Shown: positions 13,401 through 28,858, counted from the stretch's first letter. The stretch: 64,000 bases of DNA from Nageia nagi (GCA_050084985.1 JBITNC010000001.1:123380001-123444000); one strand, 5' to 3'. Notes: generated by a model from the sequence alone, not told the origin. Numbers and translations: made by a program.

Positions 13401-15120
13401 TAACATATAATTTTGTTTTGAAAGGGATGTTATCTATAGACCCTATGTTGGTTTACCCTATTGGCCAAATGGATTATAAGGTGAGTTTAATTGGCAAAGA
13501 AATCCTTATTTGCAAACAAGGAAAATATTTGTTAAACCCTATAGAATGGAGAGGGTTTAAACATAATTTGGTAAGAGATAGGAAATTCCTCCTGAATACA
13601 AATTTTTACTAAGGATTAGAAGGTATAGGGAACATAACCCTAACATATTTAATACTCCACCAAAATGGGCACAAGAGTGAGATGTTCCTCATGATCATGG
13701 TTCAGGGAGTGATACATATGATGAGGGTGTTGAAGCACCTAATGGGCCTCAATTTGACCAAGAGTACCTATCAGGACCAAGAACTAAGCCCTTAGGATTA
13801 TATGGATTGGATAGAATAGCAAAGGCTATAGAGGGAGAAGTTGAGGAAGAAGAGGGTGAGGAAGAGGAATAGGAAGAACACGATATACATATGGAGGATT
13901 TACCTCATCATGAGTAATAAGGTGGATGGGAGGATGTTCCTCGTTAAATTCCCATTGCTAAGACTTGACAACAACCTGAGAATGAATTGAGTAAATATTT
14001 CACTCTTGTACCTACATGTTAGTCCTTACAAAAAAATGACACATAACTAATATGTATTTATTATTTTACTTTTGTAGATAAAAAAATTGGTCTTAAATTT
14101 TGAGAAGGTTGCAAGGCAACACACAAAGGAGGAGTTACAAAGCCTAAAAGAGGAGAAGGTCACTAAGGATGATGAGCTAGAAGGATTAAGGTAAGGCTAG
14201 CAATGTTGGAACAAGTTGTGGAAATATTGAAGAAGATACATAAGACTTCTAATGACAAAGAATTCCTAAGAATGATGAACCATGTGTTGGAACATAAGAA
14301 GAAGATATAGTACCTCATAAATAAAAAGGCTTACTTGCAAACTCCACTTGTGGCATAGGAGGAGAAAACTAGGATAAAGAGGCCTATTTGTGTAAGATAG
14401 CTTCTAAGTCCAATACTACTAAGAGTGCTAGGAGTCACCACAATACTACAAGCAGTGTTAGTATAGGGAACTAGCGTATTGGGTTGTTTGTTGGTTTGAA
14501 AGAAACTATTTCATCATTTTTGATAATATATATGAGACATATTCTTATTTTATTAAATGTTTTGTATCTAAATGTGTGATTTTGATTTTAAGTTATTATA
14601 TGTTTTAAGTTTCAAAGGGAAGTAATGGAATGAATGTTTAATTTTTATACTAAGTTGTTATGTGTGAGATAAGGATGTAATGAACTATTGGTTGCACTAA
14701 GGGATTGTGATATAAATATCAACATGGGCATTAGCCTTGTTGAAAGATAAAGGGCTCAAGTTATGGTTTAATTGTTTATGATTACAAATAGGGTCAAAAT
14801 TTCATGAAAGACTCATAGGAAACTAAGATATTGTTCAAGTTGCATGTTTATGAAATTTGAAGAAAAAATAAACCCTATAAGAAAATCTAGACTCATGATA
14901 GGATCCCAAAGTCACACATGGTTTAAATAAATCTAATGGTGGAGAGATGATAGAAAAGTATGGACTATGCTAGAAATGTTCTAAGGAACTAGAAAAATAA
15001 TGTATACCCTCATAATGGTATACTCTAGAAATTGATGGATTTTTGGTGATTATGATAGAATACTATCATGGGCTTCAATTGATGGCTTATAGATGCCCTT
15101 AGTGTGGATGAGGTAAAAGA

Positions 15121-18100
15121 TAGTGAATAGGGACTACTCCTCTGTTCCTCCTGATATAAATATCAAGATAATGAATAGAATATATGGCAAATTTAACTTG
15201 TACAAACCTTTGAAGTGGTTCAATAAGAAAAAAATGCTATTCATAGAACTTTGAACATCTTCTTTCCATTGTAAAGAGCTTCATAATTGCCTTGGCTACC
15301 TCATTCTAGGGATAAAGAAGTGAATCAATTGGGTAAGCTAATTTTCTTTTCTTCGATAAAGGTACCCCTTGCCTGTAGAAATCTTGCACATCTACTACTA
15401 ATATGTGCATCTCATTACAATGCCTCTTCCTTGAGTTAGCCATACCTATGGATGCCTTAATAAGCTTTGCATTGATTGAGAATTAGTGTCCATATACTAC
15501 CACCTTATATTTATCCCAAGATTCTAACACCTAACTGAATCAACTCTGATTATGGTCATTTAGAGAATCTATGAATCCATCAATACCCCATTGTAGAGGA
15601 TCTGCCAAACCACTGGATCCTCCCTAAATTCCTCTCTAAAGGTTGCTTTAAGATGCTACTAGCACATCATCTTGTTTGCATTCAAAATACATAATGATTA
15701 CATATGAGTACTTCTTTCTATATAATAATTCTCAACTTGCCACCCCAACATACCAATATTGACCCTTTATTTGTTCCCATCATCTATAGTTTTGAACAAC
15801 TCAATCCATGGTATTTCTCTAGAGGCCATATGCATATCTCTCTTATATGTATTCCTCCAAATACACCATTTCTTAATTGTATGTCTCATATGAATCATTA
15901 CTCTCCCCTCCCCCTACCAAAGTTTAGATCCAACTAACATTTTTTACTTATCAACTTCCAATTTTCTTTAGCCATATGTTAAATTTTTGCAATCAACATA
16001 TTAGCCAAAATAATCTTTTTGTGGAATATACACCCATTTTTTTCCCTCCATACTTTCTAAAGAAGATGAGGATGTATTATAGACCAATGATGATTCTCCT
16101 CTTTCCCAATCACTGTAGGGGGCACTTGGAGATTGACTTTGTTATATCAATCCTAAATTCTTTTTTTTTTTCTCCTCCAAGATTTCTTTCCACACTTCTT
16201 GAGAAAATGGTTATAACTGGCACATATGGTCCACTATATCTTTCTTGTGAACATCTATTTACCAAAACTTGTCCCTTCTTTCTAATATTTTCAATCATTA
16301 GGGTCCTTTTTCTAAAAACTAGCTATAGGAAATGAGTTACTTTTGGGGTGACTCCTTTGATCCATACCTTTTTAATAGGAAAGGAGGTATATTCTATAGC
16401 CAAGAGGGTAGTGTATCCTAGTTTGAAAAAATATACCCCCTTTCCTAAGTTTTTATCTTGGGATATTAGTACCATTTTCCATTGGTAGCAATAGAGTCGT
16501 GGCCAACATATTATTCATTACCTTTGTTGCTATAGAAAGGTATTAGCTTGGTGGTTGTAACAACTTCTACATTCTTTATCTATTATTCTACTCCATGGAA
16601 TATTGAACCTTAGATCTAATGTTGTTCCTTCCTCATCTTACCCACTTAGTTAGGTTGGAATCTTATTAAGAGGCCTATCTTATACCCATTCATCTTCCCA
16701 AAATCTCACCTCTTTTCCATTACCAATACACTTGGTAGTATTTTCATTCTAAATATGTTTGAATATGATAGGATCTTTCCAAAAGGCTAATCCATATTTC
16801 CTTCAGTCATCTTGAATGAAGTTCAATCCCTCTAATAGATATTTATTTTGGCATATTTTGACAACCTTAAATTCCTCACTACTACTTATTTTCCATGTTA
16901 ATTTCCCTCTTAGTGTTATATTAAACCATTTCAAACTATGGAGGCCAAAACCTCTGTGATTCTTGGGTTTACATACTTTAGCCCAACTCACTACAGCTAC
17001 TCTTTTCTTTTCCTACATTCTGATCTAAAGGACCTTATTGCAAATCAAGTCAATTTGATCACATATACTAGTAGTGATATCAAAGTTAGAGGCATAATAA
17101 ACATGTATAATTTGAAGTACCACTTTCACTAGTAAACATTTGTGAGCAATTGAAAGATTTCCCCCTTCCAAAAAACTAGATTTTTCTGGAATCGCTTTAT
17201 TAGTGGCAACCATAAATATTTTCCTGATGGACCTATAAATAGTGGCATATCTAGTATAGGTAGTTGGGAGGTCTTCAATCTGATAATTGAAGATCCTAAT
17301 AATCTCCCTTTGCCTACTAATATTACTATGGATGAAGAATAGTTTGCCCTTATTAGAGTTGATCTTTTACTGACATGCTCCTTCATAGAGATGTAGGATC
17401 CTTAAGTAATTCCTTACTTCAACCATTGAAGCTTTTCCTATGATGATTGTATCATCCATAAATTGACTATGAGTACTTACGACTAGCATATCATAGGGTC
17501 TAATATCTTTCATTTTGCCAATCCTTTTCCCTAAGGCTTCTACCATTAGGATGAATAGATATAGAGAAATTGGGTTACTCTACATGAGCCCCTTTTCAAA
17601 CTGAAAGATGTTGGAAACCTCTCCATTGATTAGAATAGAGAAGGAGGCCATAAATATACACTAATTAATATAAGATCTTTAGATTGTAAAAAATCTAAAT
17701 TTCTCACATATCTTATCTAGAAATGTCCAGTTGACCCTATCATAAACCTTTTACATATCTAGTTTTAGCATAAACATCTCAATTTTTTTATGCAATTTGT
17801 TATACCTTGTGTATGTTAATGATCCCATCAACAATCTTTCTCCCTTGAATAAATCCTCCCTATTCCAAACAGATAAGGAGATGGAGGTTCAACTTTAACA
17901 TATTAACCATTATTTTAGTGAGGATCGTATATACCATATTACATAGATTGACTAGGTGAAACTTCTTGTAGTATTTTACATCCAAGAATTTGGGAATAAA
18001 TGCCAAAAATGTAACATTTCAAGCCTTAAGGATTTATCGAGAGGATTGGATTTCTCTTACTACCTGGGTGATCTCTATACCCATAAGCCCCTAGAAGTTT

Positions 18101-20768
18101 TGAAAAAATTCTACAAGTAACCCATATGGACTTGGGGATTTGTTATGGGCCATAGAGAAGACTATGTTCTTGATTTTCAAATAAGAGAAAGGTATGATGG
18201 CTTTCCAATTTTGCTCATTAGTCACCAACTTTAGGATATTTTTTAAAATATCCACCATCTAAGCATTGTGAAGTTTTTCTTCCATGGAAAACAACCATTG
18301 AAAGAATCTAACACATGGTTCTTTTATTTCCTTAATGTATTGCATGCATTTTTCTTAAGTAGTCTTAATTTCCAAAATCCTATTTTTTTTATATGTTTGA
18401 AAGTGGTCATTTTCAAAAACCTTGTGTTACGATCACCTTCTTGAAGCCATGTTATTATCGATTTCTATCTCCATTTCATTTCTTTCCTTGGTAAATTGTT
18501 ATGAAGGTAGCATAACCTTCTTTCTCTTCCTTTATAAGATCTGTTGTACTATCCTATAGCTTCCATTCTCTCCCCAAATATAGGGATTCTTACTTTTAAC
18601 TATTACTTCTTTTCCTCAATTTTGCCAAATACTTCTCTATTTCAAACTTTGATCTATTTCTTCATATTTTGTAACTTTTTTGCAATGATGAACATCATGG
18701 TCGTATAGATTGAAAGATTCCACTATTATCTGATCCTTTCCTCCAACTCCATATGACACAACCACATATTTTCAAATATGAAGGGACTATTCTTAGTAGC
18801 ATAGTTGTTTATGTTGAGTAATACTACATTATAATTTGACCCTATTCATGGTAGAGCATGTAGTTGATATTAGGGAAATCATGAATCCTTTCTTGTGATA
18901 CAAAAATCCTATCCAATCTACTCATTATTAGCTTTCCTACTATTTGCCTATTAGTCCAGGTGTACTTGGTTCCATGGATTCTAAGGTCTAACAAACTCGT
19001 GTTAATTAAATAATTCTTAAGATCATTCATCCCAAATAATTGGGGCCCATTTAAAACTCCTCCTAACTTTTCCTCTAAGCATAATGGGGATTTTAAGTCC
19101 CCTATAAGAATCCATCTTTCATCATAATTTTTCTAGAGAATTTCTTCAAGGACTTTTAAAAATTTCCTTCTCTCCAATAGTCTATTTGGTGCATAAATAT
19201 TTATGGTATTTAGTTGCTTTTGGAAGTTTTATGGGTAAGAGTCATACAAATGAAGTTGGTATTTACTTTCATAATAGATCCATCAAAGAGTTTTGGTTTT
19301 CATAAAGATAGGATTTCCCTTGCATTCCTCTCAGATGGGCATATGCCATCATCAATTGAGCCAAATTTCTTCACTTAACCATTTTATTCTTAGCCTCTTT
19401 GACTTTTATTTCCTGTAGGGACACTAAATCAAGCTTCTACTTCCTGCAAATCTCTTGTAGAAGCTTGCTTTCTGAGGGGGTACTCAACCCCCTCATATTA
19501 AATGAGAGGAATATCATTGAGCACCCAACTTAGATGGTGCTCCACCCTCGAAGGTATCCAAAGTACCTTTCTTACCATCTACTATATTCTTTACTATTTC
19601 CTTCGTTCTTACCACTTCTAGTGTTGGCCTTCCTTTTATCAAGCTTTTGGTAATTATATGTCTCTCAAGTTGAGTTTCCTTCCTAATTGTGTCATTTGAG
19701 TTGGAAGGACTCTTTCTTCTTCTCATTTTACCTTCCACATTCTACCATTTGTCGTTCCAATTTTGAAAATATTATCCCTTTGTAATCATCATTGGATTAT
19801 TATTCAAAATAGTGTTCACCTTATTATCATCTTGATCCTATTCACTCATCTCATATCCCCAATTATGTTGATGAGTTTCCCCTCCTTCAATACCTTGCCC
19901 TTCTGCTACTTCTTCTGGTTGAGCCTTCTCTTATGGTTGTTTATGTCTCCACTCCCTTTCTTGCAACACCCTTTTCAAGCATGATTTCAAAATATGACCA
20001 ACCTGATTACATAGGGAATAGAGACAGTTATTTATCTCATAGCATAGCTCTTGTTTGACATATTTAATTTCATCCTCTAATGTAATTAACTTTGGAAGTT
20101 TCACTTCAAAGTCCACCATAACATGAAATCGCATCATTACCATTCTTAATCGAGCTTTGGCCACATCATCCATTATTAGCAATCTCCCAAAAGATTTCCC
20201 AATTCCTTCGAAGATCTTCTTATGTAAAAAATCAAAAGGAAGGTTTGGAAGAGTTACGCAGATATGCGCTCTTATTATTTATGCTTATAGTGGATTGAAA
20301 CCAGACCTCCATCGTTCAAAAAATAATCTTGTATTACCGAAGAACCAAGATGAGCTCAAGATCACATTTCGATTATTTTTATTGCTAAAGGGGAAGAGCA
20401 TATAGTCGTTAGGTAATGTAGCAATATCCAAACTCTCCAAAAGTTTCCATTTGAATTTTTCCCATTTCTAGATACGATTAATGTTCAATCTTGCTCCCTA
20501 AATTTTTCTAATCAAACTAAGTCTACCTCTTTTCATAGTTTGGTTAGTGACTGCTCGAGGATCTTAAGTTTTAATTTCCCATTCTTCGAAGTTGTAGCTC
20601 TTAACGAGAGACCAAGATCCACCTTCACCTCTTGAGAGAATAGTTCTCTCCAAGCTTTTCGATTCTCCATGTTATCTCCTCATTCACTCATCGTAGCTAA
20701 GGGGAATCATCGATCAAAGGGAAGACGATAGAAGTGAAACATCCTAGCAAATTCTAAGGTTGGAGAGC
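15121..20768 (-). mobile_element. Decayed L1-type LINE, copy B (truncated at the duplication junction)
   Basis: Same motifs as copy A, plus endonuclease text GTKYTWTNRQ...MSRLDRIFVS (18842-19030) and a zf-RVT-like region near 16100-16200. Confidence 0.93.
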
Positions 20769-23700
20769 ATGCCATTCTTCTTTATTTTGAGAAGATGTAT
20801 CATTCTACCATACATTTGAAAATATTAAATATTTAGGATAAACACTATGAAGAATTTATATCCATTGACTTGTAGGATTGAAACCCATAACTTTTCAAAA
20901 GAGACCAGGAACCCTTACCGCTACACCAATACCTTACGATTTATAAATAATCCTTTTTTATGATGATAAACTTTAAATTAAATTATTTTATAAAATCTTT
21001 TTAATTATGAAATTATATAATTCTACAAATATAAAAAATTTGGTTAAAAACAAAAAAAAAATATTTATAAACTAAATAAAAATACTTATAATAATATATT
21101 CATCTTTGAAAAAATATTAAACATCAACACAACCTAAAAAGTACACTGAACAAAGAATTTTCCTTAAAAAAATTCAAAGACATCATCCAACATTTAATAT
21201 AAACAACATTTTCTAACTACGCGAAAAAGAAACTTTATGCTCTTGGATGGAATTTGTGTACTACAAGCATTCATTCCCGGTACATGTTCTCCAATAATGA
21301 GATGGTGGGGTTTGAATTTGGGTCGTTTTAATGACAGTGGTGGGTTTCATTTTCAGTGTTGGCCTATCATTCTTCTCTGTTATGAAAAAGAAGAGGTTCC
21401 AACCTGGTCGTTGCAGGGCCGTAAAGCTTCTGACAATGCAGGCATAAACATCTATGGTCACGGGTTGATGGAAATTGTGTATTCCCAGTCTTAGCTGTTT
21501 GGTCTTTGAAAAGTCATACCATGGCCCCATGTTATTCAATAATTTAGAGTATGTTGGTCACCTTAGCATTTAAAACTAATAATTGCAACTTTCTGTAATG
21601 GCTATGTAGAATGAAAAAGAAAGGACTTATTTTGTTTTTATCTTGTTATTATTATTATTATTGTTGTTGTTAATATTTTTATTAATTTTTATAATTATTA
21701 TGATTATTATTATTTTTTATTATTATTATTATTATTATTCACTTAATTTTTTGAATGATTAAATTTACTTTAATAAAACATTAAATCATATAAAATGTAT
21801 ATGGTAGAAAAATTTATACTTCGAGCGTTTTGTGTTACATCAAAAAAGAAATTTTGGGAAAAGTAAAATAATCTTCACATTGCCTTTATACAAAGTACAC
21901 TATCACCGCTATAAAATAATTATACGATAAAAAAGGAGACAACAGAAATCCATCACTAACGTGATCCATCACATGCATTTAACACATTAAAAAGAGGGTG
22001 AGGTACTAGCAAGTTGAATGTTAGCTAGCTCGTAGAGAAGTGGCTATCTTTTTAATAATTGTCGTGTTCACCATATCCTCATTATGCTTTCAAACATTGG
22101 AAGAGAATATTTGAATGATGGATGAATGAAACATTTGAACGATGGACAATGATAGTGAAATAGACATAGTTTTCCATTATTTATTATATTTAAAATTTAA
22201 TATTTGAAATTTATATTTAAAATGTATAATTTATAATGTCTATTTAAAATTTAAAATGTATATTTAAAATTTAAAATTTATATTTATAATTTAAATTTAC
22301 ATTTAAATTTTAAAATTCAATATTTATATTCCATATTTATAATTTATATTTAAAATTGATAAAAAAAATTAAAATTAATAATTTATATTTAAAATTAAAG
22401 GGTTACAAGTTGAGTGGACAATTGACGGTCAACCATGAAAGGTAGTTGAGCAGGTGGTGGGGAAAAACATTTTGAGAATGTTCATTGATGCCAAGACTCT
22501 TTCACCTAGTTATGCATGCAATGCGATATGCCCAAAACAACATAAACTCTATTGGTTGAGTTGGTCATGTTGTGACAGAATGCCCCATGTTCAAATCCCA
22601 CTAAAAGTGATAAAAATGTACTCCCTATAATCGTCTCATAGATTGCTTTTGATCTCGCGAAAATATTAATAAAATTTCTTTTTTATTATCTCTATCTTTC
22701 TTCTTCAATATTACAAGTCAAAAGAAGATTCTTATCATAGAAAGTGAACTTGTTACTTGAATCGCATCACAACCTCAAAGTTTCATTTGCATCATTGAGT
22801 CTCCCTTTGACATCAATCCTAAGATCGTTCTAATTCAACAATGAAGGCGAAACCCTCACTATCCATTCAAATTTGTACAACATAAGATTATGCTTAACTG
22901 ATGATAAAACTCTATATTTAGAAATCTCGTTATCCAACACTTTCAAAATCTTATTCACTCCCTTCTAAGGACAATTGCTTATCCCTACAATTCTCATGAG
23001 AAACACCTCATGATCCATTTACAAATATTTTCCACCACCTTAAACTAGACTTAAATGGACAAAATTACTAAATCTTAGCTTATTATTTTTAAAAAAATGC
23101 ATTCCTTTTCAAAATCTTACAGACACAGATTCTCATATTAATCTCTGTATCGGGAAAGTTTTTAGAATGAACTCAAACGTGAAATCACAAAACAATCCTT
23201 ATTGAAATTTATTATAGAAATGGATATGTTTTAGAATTACAACAATCGCAAGACTATTTACCATGGATTTGTACCATATAATGCTTCAAGCTCATTAGGA
23301 TTTTTAATATGCGAGTGCCTCAGCCCAAAGTGAGAGTCCTAATAGTATGTATGGATGTCTATTAAAGATTATTTTAAAATTTTATGCATTTGCTAATAAA
23401 CATGTATGTTGAAGGAGGTGGGAGCATGAAAGAGGTTTTGCAAATTAAAAACCCGAAGGAGCTTGATGCACTTTCCTATTAAAAACACTGCTTATTAAAA
23501 ACTCTTTTCTATAGAAATCTTGCCTATTACAAAAACTCTATTTTCTGGTCAATAATAGAGCTTCTCCATCGCTATATAAAGTTGCTCTATTTTGTATGAT
23601 AGGGAGGGTGGGGAAGCGTGCCACACTCATGATTAGCATGAGCAAAAGGAGGCATGCCTAGAGGAAGGCATGTGTGGAGGTGATATGCTCCTCCTCCATA

Positions 23701-25136
23701 TAAATGCCATGGATCGAGAGAAGCCAAACCATAGATACAGAAAGTAGGTAAGGGCCTTGATTAGGAATTTGGCAAGCACATCGATTACCATATTCTAAAT
23801 AGAAACACCTAGAACCTCCTACGAGGGAAGAATTCATAAGAGATCTAGAAGTCCGAAGAATTCTCTATAATGAAGGCATTGATGGCTTTGTGGATTCTAT
23901 AAATGGCTACCAAAAACAAAGTTACTCGTCTTTGGGAAAATTCTAGAAAGTTGGCAAGAATGAAGGAGAAAAGAGAAAGAGGGAGACATAGTGGCTCATT
24001 TTCAAGTTTGGGAGTATTTTGGTCCACATTGATGTAGACACAGGGAAGGATGGTGGAGAGGGCAGGTGTAGTGGGGAGTTGAAGGAGGAATCCAAGTAAA
24101 GGATCATTATGGTATGGAAATGCAAAGGAATTTATGATGGTATGATCTGGTGGCATTAGCATTGGAGGGGAATCTAAAGAGAATGGTATACCATCCATTA
24201 TTGTGTCTAGCCATTATTATGTGATATGCCATCTTGAGGCCTTCTAATTTGGTTTCTACCTTTTGTTATACTGAGTTCATTATTACAATGCTAGATGTAG
24301 GTGGTTCCTTTAGTTATCTCAAAACCACCTTTGGTACATTTTTTTTTCAAAGAAAAATCCAAAGGTCATTCGTTGGTATTTTTATGTTTTTCATTTATTT
24401 ATGTTTTTCTTTTTTTACAAATATTGATTTTTAACTTTCTATTATGGTTTTAGAGGAATGTTATAGTTGTAGGGGAATAGGTTGCATATATCATTGACAT
24501 AACTTTAATATTGGAGTATGTGATCTCCAATGTGGTAGTGGCCCTGAGTTTCACTTCTTATATAGTGAATGGAGTCATCTAGCTAAGGGACTAATTGCCC
24601 CCCTAATAATTTGACACGCCTACTAGAATCTGATATACTTGTGCATTTTTTGGTATCAATTTTTCTTGATTAACAGAATCATGAAGCTATACTACAAAAA
24701 TATATTTGCAAAAGAATTTTTGCATATTACTTTCATGAATATGAAAAAAAGAATCATACACAATAGAATAGTTTTGCAAATATGCAAAAATATGGTCAAA
24801 AAAAACTATGTACCAAAAGCCTAGATTGACTAAGTGATGTAAAATGATGTTACATGGATTTGAACTCGCATCTATTATTTCAAAATACAATGTTTTCACC
24901 AATATACCAACATTTCATTCAAAAATAGACATTTCATTTTTTTTATTTAATCTCATATTTGATATTCACAAAACTATTCTTACATATTAGTTTCAAAAAT
25001 ATACATCAAAAAATCATGAAAAATATATAATGGGAAAAGATTTTTTGACTTGTCAAAAGTCCAATAGAATTTCTTAGATCGTTAGGGGTGTGAAAAGTCC
25101 CTTAGCTAGACAAATATTTTAGTGAATGTAATCAAA

Positions 25137-25260
25137 ATGGGAACTATCATCTAATGGTTCAAGGTGGACATGAGATCTTGGAGGGATTCAATGACTTCAA
25201 TGACTTGTATCTTCTTGTTATCATATTGTTTATCTTCATCATATTATGTGTCTATTATAG
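25137..25260 (+). pseudogene. CAT6/7-like exon fragment, copy B (upstream exon of the TE-filled intron)
   Basis: Reads LEGFNDFNDLYLLVIILFIFIILCVYY then AG|GT donor at 25261 (phase-2 split codon). Confidence 0.65.
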
Positions 25261-28200
25261 GTTTGTGTAGCACATATTTAGGTTCCTTATTTTTTATTTT
25301 ATTTATTAATGTTGATATGTGTCTTAGTACACCTAGGATTTTGGTCTAAATGAACTAAATACACATAAATATTTAAGTATGTGATATCTAAGGTAATTAA
25401 CCTAAATAAAATATACATGAATAGCAAGAAATAAAGAATAACAATGTAGTAATATAAACAAGAGTTTTATTGATGCCAAGATAAAAGATGAAAGCACACA
25501 CTAAAGAGATGAAATCAAGTGTAAGATAAATACTTATGTATCTAACCTGTATTGAAGTTGAATATATATAGGATGAACTTATCAAAGAGAGATTACCTTG
25601 ATTAGTAAACCCCATTACAAATAGTAGAAAGGATTCTAGCATAGGTGCTAGGTATTAGGAGTTCAACTCGAGCACTTACTTCAGCATACGTAATAGGATT
25701 TCAGTTGAATGAGGTTGACCAATAAGGATCAATAATAATAGATGTTTCAATAAGTTGAGCCATGTATATGACCGTGAAGATGGATGATAGATATTTACTT
25801 GAGTGATAACAAGATTTCAATCTCAATAGGTCATGTTTATAAGCACCTAAGAGTAGGGTATTGATAATTGAGATGTAATCTTGATATGCTTTCCCCAAGT
25901 TAGAGTACTTACATTTATATTAGGTGTGATATCTCCATTTGACCCCTTGTAAGAAGGTTGAAGCCTTATTGGTGTAACATAAAAATTAAGAATATAACCT
26001 AAGAAATATGTCATAATAAGGTACAATATGATTAAAATATGATAAAGTATGATTAAATATGTATGTAGTGTTACACCTAAGTGGGACCTTATTAGGGGGG
26101 CCACTTATATATATCAATAAATGCCCAAGATAAATACTTTTGTATCCTTACCTATGTCAAAGCTAAATATATGCATAACAAACTAATCAAAGATATATGA
26201 CCTTGATGTGCAAACCCCACAACTAACAACATAAAGGATTGTAGCATAGGAGCTAGGTATTAGGAGCTCAACATCGATTAACACTTTAGCATGGGTGCTA
26301 GCATTTCAATGAAATAAGGTCCACCAACAAGGATTGATAACAATAGATGTATAGAAAGCCAAGCCAAGCATATGATCATGAAGATGGATGATATATATTT
26401 GCTTGAGTAATAACAAGATTCCAATCTCAATAGGTGGTATTTAGAAATGTTCAACAATAGGCTATTGGCTATCAAGATGTAATCTTGATATGCTTTCCCC
26501 AAGTTAGAGATACTTACATTTATATCAAGCATGATATCACTATTTACCCCCTTGTAAGAAGGTTGAAGCCATCATAGTATGCCTAATATAAAAATAAGAA
26601 CACAACTTGAGAAATATGTGATAATAAGGTACAATATGATTAAAATATGATAAAGTATGATTAAATATATGTGTAATGTTACACCTAAGTAGGACCTCAT
26701 TTAGATGACCACTTTAGGTGTCAACAAATGCCCCACTTTGCAAGTATAATGAAAAAAGAACTTTTGAAATGTAATTATACTTGTAAAGAAAGTAAAAGGG
26801 AAAGAGAAGAAAAAATAGATACTTCCTTGGTTTAACTGAAGAATTGTCCAAATCATCAAGGACTGATTATGTATATTTCCCCCTCTTTGCCTTGGTTTTT
26901 AGATGTAATAGTTTGCATGAAGTAGAATCAACAAAGAGAAAAGAATAACTTGAAAATAAGAGAGATAAAAACACCAAACTCCAAGTATACCTAAGATGGT
27001 TAACTTATAAAAGATATAGTAATATAGTGATTAATCATCATAATATTTTATAATAAATAATATAGCAATAATGAAGAAAGAATGAAATTAATATAAGATG
27101 CAAATATCATCTTGAGAACATCAAATACAAAAATACTCAATATTTAATTCTTATATGCATACATAAAAGATTAGAATAATAATGTTCATATCATCATGGG
27201 GTACATAACCCACTCCTAGATGGAACATATGCAATCAAAATCATATATTTTGACAACATCATGGGGTACATGCCCCATTCCTAGATGTGACATATGAATC
27301 ATAAAGAACTAGCATGATGATGGTTAGATTAGATCCAACCAACAAAGGTGACTCAAAGTAATGATAGAGGTTAGTTTTGACCCAACCAAAAAGGTGACTC
27401 CAAGAGAAATACCATACATCTTCATGAGATACATGTCATTTTCCTAGATGTATATATGATATGCTATCATCGTCATGAGTTATAATCCTAATTCCTAGAT
27501 GTGATATAAAGGTGATGGTTAGTTTAGACCCAACCAACAAAGATGACTCAAAGAGATGGTTGAATAATTTGTTTCCCAACCATGTATGTGATTATAGTAC
27601 CAATGATAATCCAGATTGTGGTGAAGGATAGAAATACTTTATGTATCTTACCCTTTATTTTGATGTATGCCTTTATATACCAACATCCATGTTAGCTTCA
27701 ATGTTGGTGTTAGTTTAGGTGTTGTATGCTAGTGTTGTTGCATTTGTAGTGTTTGATCTACTTGATCTATTTGATTATGATATTTTGATACCTGATAGAA
27801 GCTATTAAAGTATAAATTTTATGATAAAAGGGTTTGACCCTTTCACAAACATGCATAAAATGCTTTGTTCTTTGACTAGATATCCATTTGTTCCTACAAA
27901 GAACCTTTTTCTTCAATATTAATTAGTCTTATATTAGGTTTTAGTTCACATTAAGGAGGATTTGTCAATGTATCCAATGTGAGGTGATAGGTGTGAAGGA
28001 ATGGTAGTGTAGATACTAGTGATCAGCATGGGCATGAACATGAGTTCTAACGTGAGGATTATGAAGGAAAAAGTTGTCCAAAATTTGGGCTAACTATTGC
28101 AATTTCTAAGAAATTAGTAAAGATCATGATTTAAGAGGTGTAGTGGTGCAAGGTGACCAATGGTTATTGGTTATCTCATAAAATATATCCTATTTTTTAT

Positions 28201-28858
28201 TTAAAAAGGCTAAATTGGTGGTTTATTTTCATTTGTACTATGTGAATTTTGAGCTCTAGTTTAGGCTAGTTAGTGTGCTCATTATGGCAAGATTAGTGGA
28301 TTCCTAGGAGGTTTGAGTGATCAAGTAAGTATTTTATATATGTGTATCAATGTATTAACTTGATTTGGGATAGATTTACCAAGATTGTAACCAAATTGGT
28401 TATGTAGGATAAAGATTACAGATCAAGATAATCAATGGTCATACTTGCTTCATCATAATCATGTTTTTACTAATGTAGTGAGTGCCCAAGACCTTTGTTT
28501 TATATTTATAATCCCAATTTGGAAAAGGATGATACAAAATGGTAGAAATTATTAGAATACCCTAGGGTTAGATTTAATAGGCTAGGATTCCATGATTGTA
28601 CAATTAGTAGTGGCTTTTAGGAATGAAAGTATGTTTTAGGCTATATCAAGGGTAAAGGTAATTTGCCCCCTACTTTTAAAAAAATCAACCATGGAAAGCC
28701 TAGCATGGATGTTGGTGTGAGTGTTGACACTAGGTTGGTATATGGGATACCAAGTGTAGGGAGAGTTTTCCAAGCTATTGTGATATTAACTGTGTGTTTA
28801 GAAAAATAAAATAAAATTTTTCTTGCATGGTTTACATGAAATTGGAAAATTATTTCTC

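Larger units (their letters stand above)
1..15127. repeat. Tandem segmental duplication, copy A (runs off the left edge of the window)
   Basis: Position 1 (tttcaatcattagggtcc) aligns with 16289. The two copies stay colinear to TAGTGAA at 15121-15127 versus 31446-31452. Paired ORFs in the track include 3229/19514, 3646/19931, 8009/24234 and 13418/29687. Confidence 0.97.
9087..15127 (-). mobile_element. 3' half of the Tat/Ogre-like Gypsy element in copy A (LTR 9087-10490, PPT, 3' tandem repeats, PMD ORF)
   Basis: LTR runs tgttgata...tgtcaaca and is followed by aatgccccccttt (minus-strand PPT). Truncated at the duplication junction. Confidence 0.8.

Noticed and set aside
21237-21565. Bulb-type (B) lectin domain pseudogene, or the small ORFs 21237-21494 and 21261-21539 as genes
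   Set aside because: The lectin-like reading (WS...SDNA...G...VWS...GG.L.I) needs at least two frameshifts, the ORFs are broken in copy A, and the DNA is better explained as a repeat shared with 40880-41170.
22510-22595. Tiny PPR remnant (YAQN...DRMPH)
   Set aside because: Only two short words, out of frame and not preserved in copy A.
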